Of a stretch of 64,000 bases of DNA, positions 11,648 to 26,329 are shown piece by piece; position 1 is the stretch's first letter, and every line of letters begins with the position of its first letter. The position numbers and the translations under genes are program-made. This stretch comes from Octopus vulgaris (lineage: Eukaryota): the NCBI GenBank assembly GCA_951406725.2, contig OX597822.1, forward strand, positions 61,256,001 to 61,320,000, given 5' to 3'. Below the pieces are notes generated by a model that ran no database searches, was not told the origin of the DNA, and worked only from the letters and a program-made list of their open reading frames with translations.

Positions 11648-12817
11648 GTGGAAGTGATATATCTCGACTTTGCAAAGGCCTTTGATAACGTCGATCATGG
11701 AATGATATGTCACAAACTGCGTGATCTTGGCATAGTTGGAAAATTGGGAGAATGGCTTCATGATTTTCTGAAGGATAGAAGTCAGGTGGTAGTAGCCAAT
11801 GGGGCCACCCCCAATGACACGCAAATAGTGAGCGGTGTTCCGCAAGGCACTGTTTTGGGACTACTACTGTTGATAATAGCCCTCTCAGACATGCCCTCAG
11901 CCACACAGAGAGCCACAATCACAAGTTATGCAGATGATACAAAAGTCTCACAGATAATACAGAACCCTGAAGACACGTTGCACCTGCAAAGTGAGCTGGA
12001 TGAAATATACAAATGGGCTGAAAAGAATAGCATGCAGTTTAATGCTGAAAAGTTTCAAACCCAATACACTGGACCTGGAGGGATTGCAATCCCAGAGGCA
12101 CAATCAATGCGAGACCTGGGCATTTACATGAGTGATGATGCAACCTTTAATGTGCATATTGCTAAATAGGCAATGAAATGTAGGCGGCTGACCGGATGGA
12201 TTCTTAGAACTTTTAGAACAAGAGACCAGGAAATCATGATGGTCCCCTGGAGGACACTTGTCCTAAGTCACTTTGACTATTGCTCTCAGTTATGGTCACC
12301 AACCAGTGTCAAATTAATCTTAGAACTTGAGCCAATCCAACGAAGCTACACGAAGAAGATAGCCTCTATGCAGCATATAAGCTATTGGGAAAGACTCAAG
12401 ATATTAAGACTCTATTCCTTAGAGCGTAGGCGAGAAAGATATGCCATAATATACATCTGGAAGATCCTGGAAGGACGTGTTCCAAACTTTGGCATCGGGA
12501 GTTACGCAAATGCTAGAACTGGGCGCCACTGCATAGTGCCAAGGACTCCAAATTTGCCATCAAGATGTAGGACAAGATACTGCAATAGCCTGGGCTTCAG
12601 AGGTCCACAGCTCTTCAATATCCTCCCGAAGGACCTGAGAGACCTGCATTGGGTGGATGTAGGTGTCTTCAAAATAAAGCTGGACCTCTTCCTGTCAGGT
12701 GTCTCAGATGAACCAACTTCGCGGCAGGAAGTGCAGTTGAGGGCGGCTGCATTAAACTCTTTCATGCACCAAATGTCAATAGCTAAAAAGCATTCGAAAA
12801 AATTATTTGCTACATAA
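11648..12817 (+). pseudogene. CR1-clade LINE reverse transcriptase, 5'-truncated, in-frame stop at 12167-12169
   Basis: YLDFAKAFDNVDH, SGVPQGTVLG, YADDTK and RDLGI motifs; C-terminal YCSQLWSP, SYWERLKILRLYSLERRR. Confidence 0.92.
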
Positions 12818-13545
12818 TTTTTTCCTTACCTCAATGTTGCCAGTGACATATATTAGAAGTTCCCTTATAGAACTATATCCATAAAAATGTATAGAACTAT
12901 ATTATCACCACCAAATTTGAGAAACAAACACTCATAACTTCTTTCTTTTAAAACTTCATTGCATGCGATTGATACCATGAAATTCCTCGAATTGAATTCT
13001 ATCATTTAATTAAAACATTAAGTTTGTTTTTAAAATCTAAAAGTTAATTATACATAAATCCAATTTTTTGCCTTATTTTTGCTATGATATTTTACCTGAC
13101 AACTTTTTTGATACAAATTTTTTATTGCATGGGACCAAAACTATGAAATTCTTCATGCTTTCTTCTATCATTGAAGCTAAGATAAATATATTTTGCTTTT
13201 AAAATAAAAAAAAGTTATTTAGATCTAAACTTGATTGGAGGCGTCACTTGCTCTCCTCTAACATTGCTACAAAAGTAAACTTTTTTCTACTAGGCCAAAG
13301 CTCAACTTTTTAATGCCAAAATGTAGCTAAGGACCAGCCCTCTTCAAAAATGTTAACAGTTTTCAATTTGGTTAAGAACTGAATTAGCGACAAGCTCTGA
13401 AAGATGCTGTGTGTGAGTAAATTGCGGCCTTAAGAATATTATTCTACTACCGTATATAAGTTAAGCATTATTTGAGAAAGAGGGATGGACAGAGAGGTGG
13501 AGGAAGGAAAGAGGGGTGGAGCGAGGGTGCTTCTGTGTGTGTGTA

Positions 13546-13623
<78 letters not shown>

Positions 13624-13844
13624 TGTAAGAAAGATAGAGACACAGAGATATTACAATCGCGATCTGGTCATCTTTTCCTTTGTACTTGGTTACCCAGAAC
13701 TACATAATCCAATGTGTCATTTTCAAAGTCAGCAAAGCGTGATTAAAGATTTGGCTGCTATTTCTAGTAGGATGAAAATAACTAAGACCATAGTCACTCG
13801 AACAGCAACAACAACGAACTATGTGAAGTTTTGTACAACTAATA

Positions 13845-14162
13845 CAGTAATCTCTCGACTATCGCAGGTGTTACGTGCCAAAACCTCCCGCGATAGGTAA
13901 AAATCCGCGAAGTAGAAACAGTACTCTACTGTACATTAAAAAAAAAAAAATTATAATTGGTATATATTTATTTTATCATATATGCAGCAAGTGCAGGAGT
14001 GGCTGTGTGGTAAGTAGCTTGCTTACCACCCACATGGTTCTGGGTTCAGTCTGCGTGGCACCTTGGGCAAGTGTCTTCTACTATAGCCCCGGGCCGATCA
14101 AAGCCTTGTGAGTGGATTTGGTAGACGGAAACTGAATGAAGCCTATCGTATATATGTATATG

Positions 14163-14206
<44 letters not shown>

Positions 14207-14542
14207 TGTTTGTGTGTCTGTGTTTGTCTCCCCAACATAGCTTGACAACCGATGCTGCTGTGTTTACGTCCCCGTAACTTAGCAGTTCGGCAAAAGAGAC
14301 CGATGGAATAAGTACTAGGCCCACAAAGAATAAGTCGTGGGGTCGATTTGATCGACTAAAAGCGGTGCTCCAGTATGGCCGCAGTCAAATGATTGAAACA
14401 AGTAAAAAAGTAAAAGTGTATAAAAGAGTATGCAAAACAACACCACAGAGGAATCGGCGTAAGCTTAAATAATAAACAGCGATAAGTGAACCGCGATAAG
14501 TGAACAGCGATAAGTGAACCGCGATATGGCGAGGGATTACTG
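13845..14542. mobile_element. Tigger/pogo-like MITE (TA TSD) with a nested SINE
   Basis: TIRs cagtaatc(t/c)ctcg / cgagggattactg flanked by TA. Related pieces at 34470-34712 and 34845-34920. Confidence 0.8.
13993..14420 (+). mobile_element. CORE-type SINE (family A), nested in the MITE
   Basis: ggagtggctgtgtggtaagtagcttgc head, ccttgggcaagtgtctt core, internal (TG)n, tail gcggtgctccagtatggccgcagtcaaatgattgaaacaagtaaaa. Confidence 0.82.
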
Positions 14543-14657
14543 TATATACGTGTGCACGCAAAGACTTTTGCAAACAGACATAGATATGCTCACGGCTAAC
14601 ACCCGTTACAATTACCCTTCCACCCTTTCTCTCTCTATTTATATCTTGAGTGTGTGT

Positions 14658-14701
<44 letters not shown>

Positions 14702-15117
14702 CTATGTATGTGCGCGCACACACACACATACACACACACGGTTATGCAAGTATAAACACACGTTGTCATCTTCGTTTGTCAGTGACGTACCTAGAACGTT
14801 TGCCACCTGGGGTAACCGTTGAGATTGTCACCCCGACCCCGGGCGCCCAAGCCTACGCTGGTTTATGCAGCAGATCGAAAAGTGACGCCCCTCTAAAAGC
14901 GTCACCCAGTGCAGACGGTCCCCTCGCTCCTCCCAGTACAGACGGTCCCCTTGCCCCAGCCCAGAGTCGTTACTGATTTTCGTACGTGCATGTATAAGAG
15001 CGAATGTGCTTTTCTTTTGTGTATGTTTTGATGCTCTTACAATTATTAATGAAAAGTGGGCTGGGATGATTGATATAAATACAAAATTGATTCTGATGTG
15101 TAAGTACACTGTCATTG

Positions 15118-15156
<39 letters not shown>

Positions 15157-15635
15157 ATGTATGTATGTATGTATGTATGTATGCAGGTCTGGTTTAACAC
15201 TGCCATCTGCCTCGTCAGTTGCAAACATTCCTCCTCTTTCCCTTTCTCTCATTGGGGTCGGAGGCCCTGTAACTGGTTATGGGCATTGCCTTCTTTCCTA
15301 ACTAATGTGTATGTATGCGTGTGCATGCATACATACGTACATACATACATAGAAGCATGCATGCATGCATACATACATACATACATACATACATACATAC
15401 ATACATACATACATACATACATACATACATACATACATACATACATACATACATACATACATACATACATACATACATACATACATACATACATACATGC
15501 ATACATACATACATACATACATACATACATACTTACATACATACATACATACATAATGTTGAACCTTTAATTCCTTCACAATTTTTTTTTCTCATTTTGT
15601 TTTTCGTTCTCTCTCCTTTCTTTTCCTCTCAACCA

Positions 15636-15669
15636 TTTCTGTCGAAGAGCGTAGGCTCGAAACGTAAAA
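15636..15669 (+). ncRNA. Minimal hammerhead-like motif (variant core CUGUCGA)
   Basis: UUU-CUGUCGA-A-GAGC(GUAG)GCUC-GAAA-CG-UA-AAA. Confidence 0.6.
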
Positions 15670-15756
15670 GACTTCTGTTCTTCCTGAGCGTTAAACTAAT
15701 ATATCTACTTCTCGTTCCTTCACATGTTTTCGTCTTTGTTTACCGTAAATTCGAAT

Positions 15757-15794
<38 letters not shown>

Positions 15795-17299
15795 CATACG
15801 TATGTATAGGTGGGTAAGCTTGTGTGTGTGTGTGTGTATGTGACGAAAAAGTGAAGACTTTAAGTTTACGATCATTTCAAATGGGCTAGCTCAACTATTT
15901 TATCGCTTTACATCGGTGTATATGTATTTATCTATGTAAAATCATACAATAATTAATTAATTAATCACTTAGTTAATTAACGGAACAGTTTGCCCTCCAC
16001 CGTTTTCATCAGACTTCAAAACTATGGTAGATATTTTAGAGTTTCCAACAAACATACACTAGGGTGGCGGTGGAGTCGAATAGAAATAGAGTTTTATTTT
16101 ACGAATATTTTAGTTGATGGAGATTGCGGATAACTGATGTACTGAATCAACTTGTTTGATTTAGTATAAACTTGTCACTACCACAGCCCCTGACAGATTC
16201 AGATGTCATCAAGTTTAAAAGTATGCTTGTACAGTGTATACATAAAAAAATGGAAATCTACTACAATTTTTAAAAAAATCCCTACTTTCTATCACTACAT
16301 CTCGGCTCCAGTATTCACAAATTGAAACATATTCAAGTTTCATATCACTTTCTTAATGTCATACACACACACACACATACACTAATGGCATAAATTATAT
16401 ACACACATCTTATTATATAACACCAATACATCTGAATACAGCTTACACACGCACAAACGTGCACGCACCCACACATGTACACCACACTCGAACACACACA
16501 CGAGCCTACACATGTACACCATACACACACACACGAATACACACACATACACACGCTCGCAAAACATGCACGCGCCTACATATGTACATCACACACACAC
16601 ACACGTGCGAGCTCTCTCTTCGTAAATATAACACCCTACCTATAAATTTAAGATACGCTGATTTCCCAAAGCACACATAAGACTGAAATAAAAACGCATA
16701 CACCTAAATAGCATGTGAACACATACATAGACACGAGCGCGTTTATAAAATTTACACACATAATTTTCGTACTGACTCACAGTTACCTCCCTTAAACACA
16801 TTTAAGCGCCCGCCTTTGTAAAACGGACACACAAGTACATTACGCATACACGTACTCAGTTATTTGCACACAGTTATTTCCCTTGTGGCAATTGTCTAAG
16901 AACTCTCCAAAGTTTTTCTGTTACTGTCAGTCCGTGGCCAACAGGCATCTCTTTGTTTTGTTTCTTTCATCTGCTTCTGTTCTTCTATCTAACTTTTCGA
17001 AAAAGAGTGTAATGTCGAAACGTCAAAGACTCATCTCCTTTCTTACCTTCCATTGAGCGCCAACCAGTGTTGCTATTTTCAACGTTAATTTTGAAACTAC
17101 ACACACGTACGCGCGCGTACACGCATCGAACGATAGAGAAATAGATATATGAATAGTTTCTCTTACAGAGATATAGGGTTGGCTACACGAAAGCACTTAG
17201 TAATGGGACTGTAATTCATATTATCTTATAAAACACACTGATAAATACTGAAACACTTGGGCTGGCACACACGCATGCTACTTTTTACACACAAACACA

Positions 17300-17332
<33 letters not shown>

Positions 17333-17389
17333 GTTTATGTATTACATATAATTTTGAGCGGAGGAAATTAGTGGACACCATTGAGATCA

Positions 17390-17826
17390 GTTTTAGAGTG
17401 GTGCTTATTTTATCAACTCCAGAAAGGTGAAGGGCAAAGTTGACCTTGGCAGAATTTGAACTCAGAACGTAAAGAACCATAAGAAATACCGCGAGGTATT
17501 TCTTCTGGCACTCTAACGACTCTACCAATCCACCGACCTAAACAACAACAACAACAACAATAATAAACTTTTCTGCTTTAGGCACGGGAACTAAAACTTC
17601 TGTCTAGGCAGGGCTGGGTGCTGGTCGTTAACATCATTTCCAGTACTTGACAAATACTTTATTTTATAGACTGGGTAAGAATGAAAGGCAAAGTTAACAA
17701 GGCGGAATTTGATCTCAAAAGAGCCGGAAGAAATACAACTAAGCATTTTGTCCGATGTGCTCACAATTCTGTCAGCTCGTGGCCTAACAGCATCAGCAGT
17801 AGCGGCAGCAGCAACAACAACAACAG

Positions 17827-17875
<49 letters not shown>

Positions 17876-18105
17876 AGCAATAATAATCCTTTCTACTATA
17901 GGCACAAGACCGGAAATGTTGGGGGAGGGAGCAAGTTAATTACATCGACCCCCAGTGCATAACTGGTACTTATTTCATCAATCCAGAAAGGATGAAAGGC
18001 AAAGTTGACCTTGGCGGAATTGGAACTCAGAATGTAAGGACGGACCAAATGCCGCTAAGCATTTTGCCTGGTATGCTAGCTATTCTGCCAGCTCACTACC
18101 TTATC
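17390..18105 (-). mobile_element. Three tandem Meta/MESC-type SINE copies separated by AAC/TAC/AAT repeats
   Basis: Repeated gaaaggcaaagttgacc...gaatttgaactcag segments. Confidence 0.75.
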
Positions 18106-18161
<56 letters not shown>

Positions 18162-18825
18162 CAATAATAGTAGTTATAATAATATGATGATGATGATGAT
18201 GCTGAGTAAACTTTACATAGACCCCCCCCCCACTAAACGCAAGATGTGTTGGGGGTTTATATCAAAAACAGGATGAATGAAAATATAAATGGTATGCACA
18301 ATATTCAAAAGGGTGGTAGTGTCCTCAAGGAACAAGGAACAGAACTGGTGTGTATAATAACTGTAATAAAAATTCATGTATAATACATAATTTTGAACAA
18401 TATGATTGAATTGTCTTAGTGATTAGCTCACAGGTGCATGGCGAAAAGTTTTTTTTGACATGTTATTGTATATGATACAGTAAAGAAATATGCAAAAGTG
18501 AATATAACAGTTATCATGAGGTTAACATGACTCATCCATGATGTAGATTTAATGTATAATGTATAATATTGTATAATACACATATACATTTATAAATATG
18601 CTTATATATCATACATGTAAATACATCTGTGTATGTACACGTATGTCTGTGTGTGTATATATATACGTAAATATGTGTGTGTATGTATATATATATGTAT
18701 GGGTATATATGCATGTGTATATGTATATATGTACATATGTGTATGCATGTACATGATATGTATACACCTGTGTTCATACATGCATATATACATACATACT
18801 TACATATATATATATGTACATATTT

Positions 18826-18903
<78 letters not shown>

Positions 18904-19175
18904 GTATGTGTGTATATATGCATGTATCAATACATGTGTATATACTTATATATTAAATGAAATACACACATACATATACACATTTATAAGTTACACAGTT
19001 ATATATATATAGGTACATACAAATATAGTCAAATGCTTACACACACACACACACATATTTGTATATCTATCTCCTAGTAAACATGTGTGTGCACATGTGT
19101 GTGTGTGGTGTATGTATATATGTATACATATATGTATATGTGTGCACATTTCTGTATGTATATGTATGTAGATAA

Positions 19176-19207
<32 letters not shown>

Positions 19208-19260
19208 TTATCTGATGGTTGATGATTGATTTAGGTATGTTTCTCCATTTTCTAATTTTG

Positions 19261-19291
<31 letters not shown>

Positions 19292-19514
19292 ATTTATATA
19301 GGTATATATGTATCTATATCTAGATATGTGTGTGTGTGTGCATTTCAAGTTATTTCAATAAATTAATAAATAGGTGGATTTTATTGTACTAATTGTATTA
19401 TTGTCTCTTTATATGCTTTCATGTTCTGCTTCTTTACACTTGATTCTGTTTGAATTTTTATTGAGCACTCTTGTTAATCACTTTGCACAAAAGTATTCAG
19501 GATACCAGGAAAAT

Positions 19515-19569
<55 letters not shown>

Positions 19570-19608
19570 ATATGTTACATTTACTTTTGTTATTTTACCG
19601 TTTTTACC

Positions 19609-19639
<31 letters not shown>

Positions 19640-19640
19640 T

Positions 19641-19673
<33 letters not shown>

Positions 19674-19785
19674 CACAGACATATATATATATAATGATGC
19701 ATAAATATATATAAAGCTATATATATACATACATATATTTCTATATATAATGATATTTATAAGTGTGTGTGTATATATATGTATG

Positions 19786-19828
<43 letters not shown>

Positions 19829-20464
19829 GTATGTATGTTTGTATGTAGGTATATATGTAGGTAGGTATATGTGCATGCAATGTGTATACAAACATAACTG
19901 ACTTACCATTTTGTAACTCTTGGACGAACTGCTAACTCACACAGGCTTAATGTTTCCAGACTTTTTCTTCACTATTTCAAAGAATTCCACAACCCCTATT
20001 TTTTCTCTCTCTTTCTTTCCTCCTCAAACTTCTCCTCCCACTCCTACCCTTCTTCTATTTCTTCCCCCGTTCTCAAATATTTATTTGTTGCTTCAGTCCC
20101 ACAATTAGATGTCTTTCTCTTTTGTTTTTCTTAGTGTTGTTGTTGTTATAGTTGTTGCTGTTTTTATTGTTGTGGCTGCTCTTCTTTGCGTTCTTTGGTT
20201 TTTTTTTTTGTGTGTGTTTATTGTTAGTTACTTACTGTTATTATGTGATTGATGTAGACTTTGTTGCTGTTTCTGAGAATGATGAATGCAGTGAATATGA
20301 TGATGATGGTGGTGGAAAATTTAACATTTAAACTATCTTGAGCAGAAAACAACAGAATATCTTTTAAGAGAGAAGAAAATGAAGGATATAGGTATATTGG
20401 TAGGTAGGTAAATAGATATATAGAAATATGAACAAGCAGATTGATATATATATATATTATTTTA

Positions 20465-20681
20465 TTTGTTTCAGAGTCATTTGACTGCAGCCATGCTGGA
20501 GCATCACCTTTTAGTCAAAGAAATTCGACCCCAGGACTTATTCTTTTGTAAGCCTGGTATTTATTCTATCAGTCTGTTTTGCTGAGCTGCTAAGTCATGG
20601 GGACATAAACACACCAGTATCGGTTATCAAGTGATGGTAAGGGGGACAAACAGACACAAAGACACACACATAAATATATAC

Positions 20682-20718
<37 letters not shown>

Positions 20719-20872
20719 ATATATGACAGGCTTCTTTCAGTTTCCGTCTACCAAATTCATTCACAAGGCATTTGTCGGCCTGAGGCTATAGTAGAAGACA
20801 TTTACCCAAGGTGCCACACAGTGTGGCTGAACCCAGAACCATGTGGTTGGGAAGCAAGCGTCTTATCACACA

Positions 20873-20875
<3 letters not shown>
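20465..20875 (-). mobile_element. CORE-type SINE (family A), CpG-decayed copy
   Basis: Colinear with 58265-58625 and 61276-61625, with many CpG to TpG/CpA changes. Confidence 0.8.
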
Positions 20876-20917
<42 letters not shown>

Positions 20918-21003
20918 CACTTTCACACACACACACACATTTATAAAGAGGTAGGGGTATATAAACCTAGTTAGCTAAACAGATCACTAGAGAGAGGATA
21001 TGA

Positions 21004-21038
<35 letters not shown>

Positions 21039-21162
21039 TAATATTTATTTATTTATTTACTGAAATTGAAATTCAGCATGAAAACTTTCTATACCTGTGT
21101 AGATTGCTTGCTTCAATTTTAGTTAATATTCTACATTTTTAATATAATATAATACGAAAATA

Positions 21163-21233
<71 letters not shown>

Positions 21234-21334
21234 GATCTATCTATCTATCTACACACATACATATATATATGTATATATGTAAAATAATGTATAATATATG
21301 TATATATATGCATATATATGTATATAAATGTGTG

Positions 21335-21381
<47 letters not shown>

Positions 21382-21439
21382 TCAGGTCTTTGGGCAGAAC
21401 AAAATATATTTAGTCTCACACTTATGGATTAAACTAAAT

Positions 21440-21486
<47 letters not shown>

Positions 21487-21632
21487 GAGATAGGTGAATT
21501 GGTAGGTAAAGAGATAGAGATGGAGGGAATGTATTTCTATAGATATTCAACTTGAATAGAGAAGCAATATGTAGATAGAGAGAAACAAAGCGAGAAAACA
21601 AGGTGGTGGGGGTGAAGAACAACAGCAGCAGC

Positions 21633-21670
<38 letters not shown>

Positions 21671-22514
21671 AAACTAACAACCAATGGAATTAGGCAGTTT
21701 GTTGTAAACTTAGTTTTGTCAGTGAAAATATTTCTGCTGTGTGGAACTTCAGAAATAAAAGCAAATTCGTCTGTGAGCTGTCTGATGTAGGGTACGGTGG
21801 AGTGGGTATTCTGTCACTCCATCATCACCATCCACACCTCTACCAACATCCTCATTCTCATACACACATTCATACATATATACACTCGTAAATGCATGCA
21901 TGCATATATATATATATATATATATATACACTAAGCTTTGTCTACAAAAATGGTAACGTATGTACAAAGGCGATAGGATAGGTTAGACGGGCTTTGGTGA
22001 GGTAAGGCAGTAAAATAAACATGTAAATATGTAAAGGTAGACAGACAGATGGGCTTGTGAGGTGAAAAGAAATAATGGCACTGGGGAGTGCGCGTTTGTG
22101 TGTGGGGGACATGTACAGGCGAGGGGAGAGAAGATAGACGGAGAGAAAGAAAGGGATAGAGGGGTAGAGGAAGAGAATTGAGAAGAGGGAATATACAAAG
22201 GTGTGTGTGTATATATATGCACATACACACAGGAGTATGTCTATGTGTCTCCGTGCGCGTGTGTGTATGTATGTATATATATATACATACATACGTATAT
22301 GTGCTACATAAACATAATTCTGTATGTATCTATGTGTGTGTATGCATGCGTGCGCGCGTCTGTGTTTATATATCTATATACATATGTGTGTGTGTGTGTA
22401 CACATATTTAAGTGAGTTAAAAATTTTGCTATCCATATACCTATTAACATTCTCATTACATACCTATACAGATGCATATGTATGTATGTATGTATGCATG
22501 TATGCGTGAATGCA

Positions 22515-22592
<78 letters not shown>

Positions 22593-23284
22593 CCTACCTA
22601 TCTACCTTATCTCTTTAGATGTATGGATAGCTTACTTGTTAGTTAACTTGCTCATTAACAAGACTATCTAGCTACCTATACATAACATTTGAGCTAGCTA
22701 GCTAAAATAGCTTGCTAGGATAGACAGAAAGATGGAAAATACCGTAAGAAAGCCAGATATATAGAAAGAAAATGATATAGCTGTCTACCTTGACGGTCTT
22801 ACGATTTGATAAACAGACAGATAGAAAGATGGATGTATACAGATACACACACATCCTTGCACGCACATTACACACACACATAGGCACACACTCACACATA
22901 TACACACTCGCACGCATGCACACACACACACACATACATGAATATGCAATGATGAGTAACAGAAATGTATGAGAAGTGTTAGATCTGTCCTAGATTTTGC
23001 TTTCGTTTCATGTTCGGTTCACTCATATATATGTGTGCGTGCGTGTGTATGTGTGTGTGTATCATGTGGCTATATATATATATATATATGTGTGTGTGTA
23101 TATATGTATAAATATATACACTGCTCCATGTCACTATCGCTTAACATGTTTCTCTTGTTCTCTTTCCTTTTCTTGTTTTTCATCTTTCTCTTCTACTTCC
23201 ACTTCCTCCCCTCTGTCCTCACTTTCCTCTTTTTTGTCGTCTTCCTCATTGTTGTCTTTCTCTTTCTTTTTTTCATTGCCCCAG

Positions 23285-23660
23285 TCTTCTTCTTCTTCTT
23301 CTTCTTTTTCTTCTTCTTCTTCTTCTTCTTCTTCTTCTTCTTCTTCTTCTTCTTCTTCTTCTTCTTCTTCTTCTTCTTCTTCTTCTTCTTCTTCTTCTTC
23401 TTCTTCTTCTTCTTCTTCTTCTTCTTCTTCTTCTTCTTCTTCTTCTTCATCATCATCTTCTTCATCATCTTCTTCATCTCGTTCTTCTTCTTCGTTCGTT
23501 CGTTCTTTTTCTTCTTTGGCTATCTTCTTCATGACAGTAGTCATCATTATCATCATCATCACGACCATAATCATCATCACCACCACCACAATCATCATCA
23601 CCAACACCATGATCATCAAAATCGTCATCAACATCATCGCCGTCATCATTGTCCTCTTCA
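23285..23660. repeat. (TTC)n tract grading into (ATC/CAC)n low complexity
   Basis: About 55 TTC units followed by catcat/caccac repeats. Confidence 0.95.
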
Positions 23661-23719
23661 AATTCGTCTTCTAACTCTTCTTATTTTCAATTTTCCCTCT
23701 TGCCCTCTACGACTTGGCA

Positions 23720-23754
<35 letters not shown>

Positions 23755-23869
23755 TCACTACTCTCGCTGCCACGCAGATGTCGCTGCTTACTTGGCCGCT
23801 GCTATTATTGTGAATACTAATGCAGCTACTGCTACTTAATAAACAACAACATTATTTATAAATATGGTT

Positions 23870-25587
23870 TTTGATATAGGCCCAAGGCCAACATTTTTGA
23901 GATGAGGTTGTATATCGAAACTGACAACCCCAGTTCTTGACTAGAGATATATTCCCTCGAGCCAGGAGAGGTGAAAGGTAAAGTTGACCTCGACGTAACT
24001 GATTTCAGAACGTAATGAGCCAAAACAAACACTGTAAGACATTTTTTTAATTTCAGACACTCTATCGATTCTGCCAATAATAACAATTATATTTTCTATT
24101 AAAGGCACAAAACCTGAAATTTGGAGTTGGGGCTAGTCGAGTGCATCGACCCCAGTGTTCAACTGGTACTTATGGCATCAACCCTGAAAGGATGAAAAGT
24201 AAAGTCGACTGCGGCGGAATTTGAACTCAAAATGTAAAGACTGACGAAATGACGATAACGTTACTGATTGCTCGCCGTCTTAATAAGAACAGCAGCAGAA
24301 GTGGAGGTGCAATGGGCCAGTGGTTAGGGCAGCGGACTCGCGGTCGTAAGAACGCGGTTTCGATTCCTAGACTGGGCATTGTGAGTGTTTATTGAGCAAA
24401 AACACCTAATCTCTACGAGGCTCCAGCGAGGGGTGGTGGTGAACCCCGCTGTACACTTTCACCACAACTTTCCCTCACTCTTTCTTCCTACTTCTGCCAC
24501 AAAGCAGAGGAACCATGGTGTAACCCACTTTGGTATGGTAAAACTTTCAGACCCTAGTCTAGATTGCAAATCCTCTGTACCCCAGGATGGTTCAGCTCTC
24601 CATTCGTTAAAAACCACCGTTTACGTAGCTTTCGCGCCCGTGCAACTGCCAGTCTATCGCGTGTGGCGGGTGGATCTTTAAGTTGCCACATGCATTCTTT
24701 AGTAGCTGAGAGTAGGCTCGAATTAGAGATTATTCTTTGTGGCTAATGGCGTGAGTCCTGATTGGAAATTAGGTGGGAGGGTCTATGTCGATTACGTCGA
24801 CCCCAAAGTTCAACTGATACTTGTTTTATCGTCCCCAGCGTTTAACTGATAGTTGTTTTATCGACCCCGAAAGGATTAAAGGCAAAGACTGTCTCGGTGG
24901 TATTTGAACTCAGAACATAAAGACGGGCGAAATGCCATTAAGTATTTTGCCCGGCGTGCTAACGATTCTGCCAGCTTGCCGCCTTAACAACAACAACAAC
25001 AACAACAATAACAACAATCGGAATATGCCTTGATGCGGTAATGTACCTCGATAGAGTACCAAATAACCCAATGAAGTACGAGGCAGTGACTCTCATGGCT
25101 TCTGTTTGGTGTTAAAGATGGGCTACTGCAAATATTCTGCTCAATACCGCAGATTTGCTTGTCAGTTGCTTGACCATAACCAGTTGAGCTTGTCCCTTAA
25201 TGGCTGACGATATGTGCCTCAGTGATCACAAGCAGGAGTGGTAGGGGAGAATCGGAGCTATGTATTGAGAGGAATACTTCAGGATTTGAATAATTTACCC
25301 ATGGAAACATGCGTGTTTTTTATTTTTTTTATCATTCTTAAACAACCCTTATTCAGAAACTTTTTGAGCGGGATGGGTTACTCGACCTGTAGAAATTTCT
25401 GACTGGGGCCCATCTGCAAGGTCATGAGCTGTTTATCCTGATATGAGGTCACCATGTCACGCGCACATATTGTTGTGATGTATGTTCCTGTAGCACCCTT
25501 ATTAGACGGGTAGCCATGATGGGTATATTGGGCTTCGTATGTTTGTAACCCAATATCACTTTGATGGCATGCGCTGCTCTTTCACGC

Positions 25588-25631
<44 letters not shown>

Positions 25632-25633
25632 CA

Positions 25634-25665
<32 letters not shown>

Positions 25666-26119
25666 AATAATCCTTTCTACACTAAGCACAAGGCCTGAAA
25701 TTTGTGGGGAGGAGGGTGGTAGTTGATTAGATCGACCTCAGTACGCAACTGGTACTTAATTTATCGACCCCGATAGGAGGAAAGGCAAAATCGACCTTGG
25801 CGGAATTTGAAGTGAGAACTTATCAGGAATAAGACCGAACCTGAACCAAACCAAAATAATAATCCTTTCTACTATAGGCATAAGGCCTGAAATTTTGGGG
25901 GAGGGGGCTAGTCGATTACGTCGACCCCAGTGTTTCACTGGTACTTAATTTATCGACCCCGAAAGGATGAAAGGTAAAATCGACCGCCGTGGAGTTTGAA
26001 CTCAGAACGTAAAGACAGACGAAGTACCGCTAAACATTTCCCCCCGCGTGCTAACGATTCGTCCAGTTCGCTGCCCTCATAATAATAATAACAACAACAA
26101 CAACAACAACAGCAACAAC

Positions 26120-26152
<33 letters not shown>

Positions 26153-26320
26153 CCTTTTTACTATAGGCACAAGGCCTGAAATTTTGGGGGAGGGCGCTAG
26201 TCGATTACATCGACTTCAGTGTTTCACTAGTACTTTATTTATCGATCCCGAAAGGGTGAAAGACAAAGTCGACCCCAGCAGAATTTGAACTTAGAATGTA
26301 AAAACGGACGAAATGCCACC
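23870..26320 (-). mobile_element. Dense cluster of Meta/MESC-type SINEs, plus a ~550-bp AAT-resident element (~25030-25590) and a SINE-LINE composite (24301-24746, +)
   Basis: At least six copies of atcgaccccgaaaggatgaaaggcaaagtcgac-like sequence. Confidence 0.75.
24301..24746 (+). mobile_element. tRNA-SINE head fused to the 5' end of an L1/Tx1-like LINE (short copy)
   Basis: Inverted near-copy of 28472-28923. Confidence 0.7.
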
Positions 26321-26329
26321 AAGCAGGGG

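Noticed and set aside
11648-12817. Active LINE or domesticated RT gene
   Set aside because: 5'-truncated, internal stop, altered GPLLF motif and an apparent internal deletion.
14780-14975. GC-rich segment with cagtgacg/cgttactg ends, a possible hAT MITE
   Set aside because: The TIR is very short and no TSD is evident.
23870-26320. Regularly recurring repeats resembling a CRISPR array
   Set aside because: Units are ~200-bp diverged SINEs separated by microsatellites, in a eukaryotic context with no cas genes.
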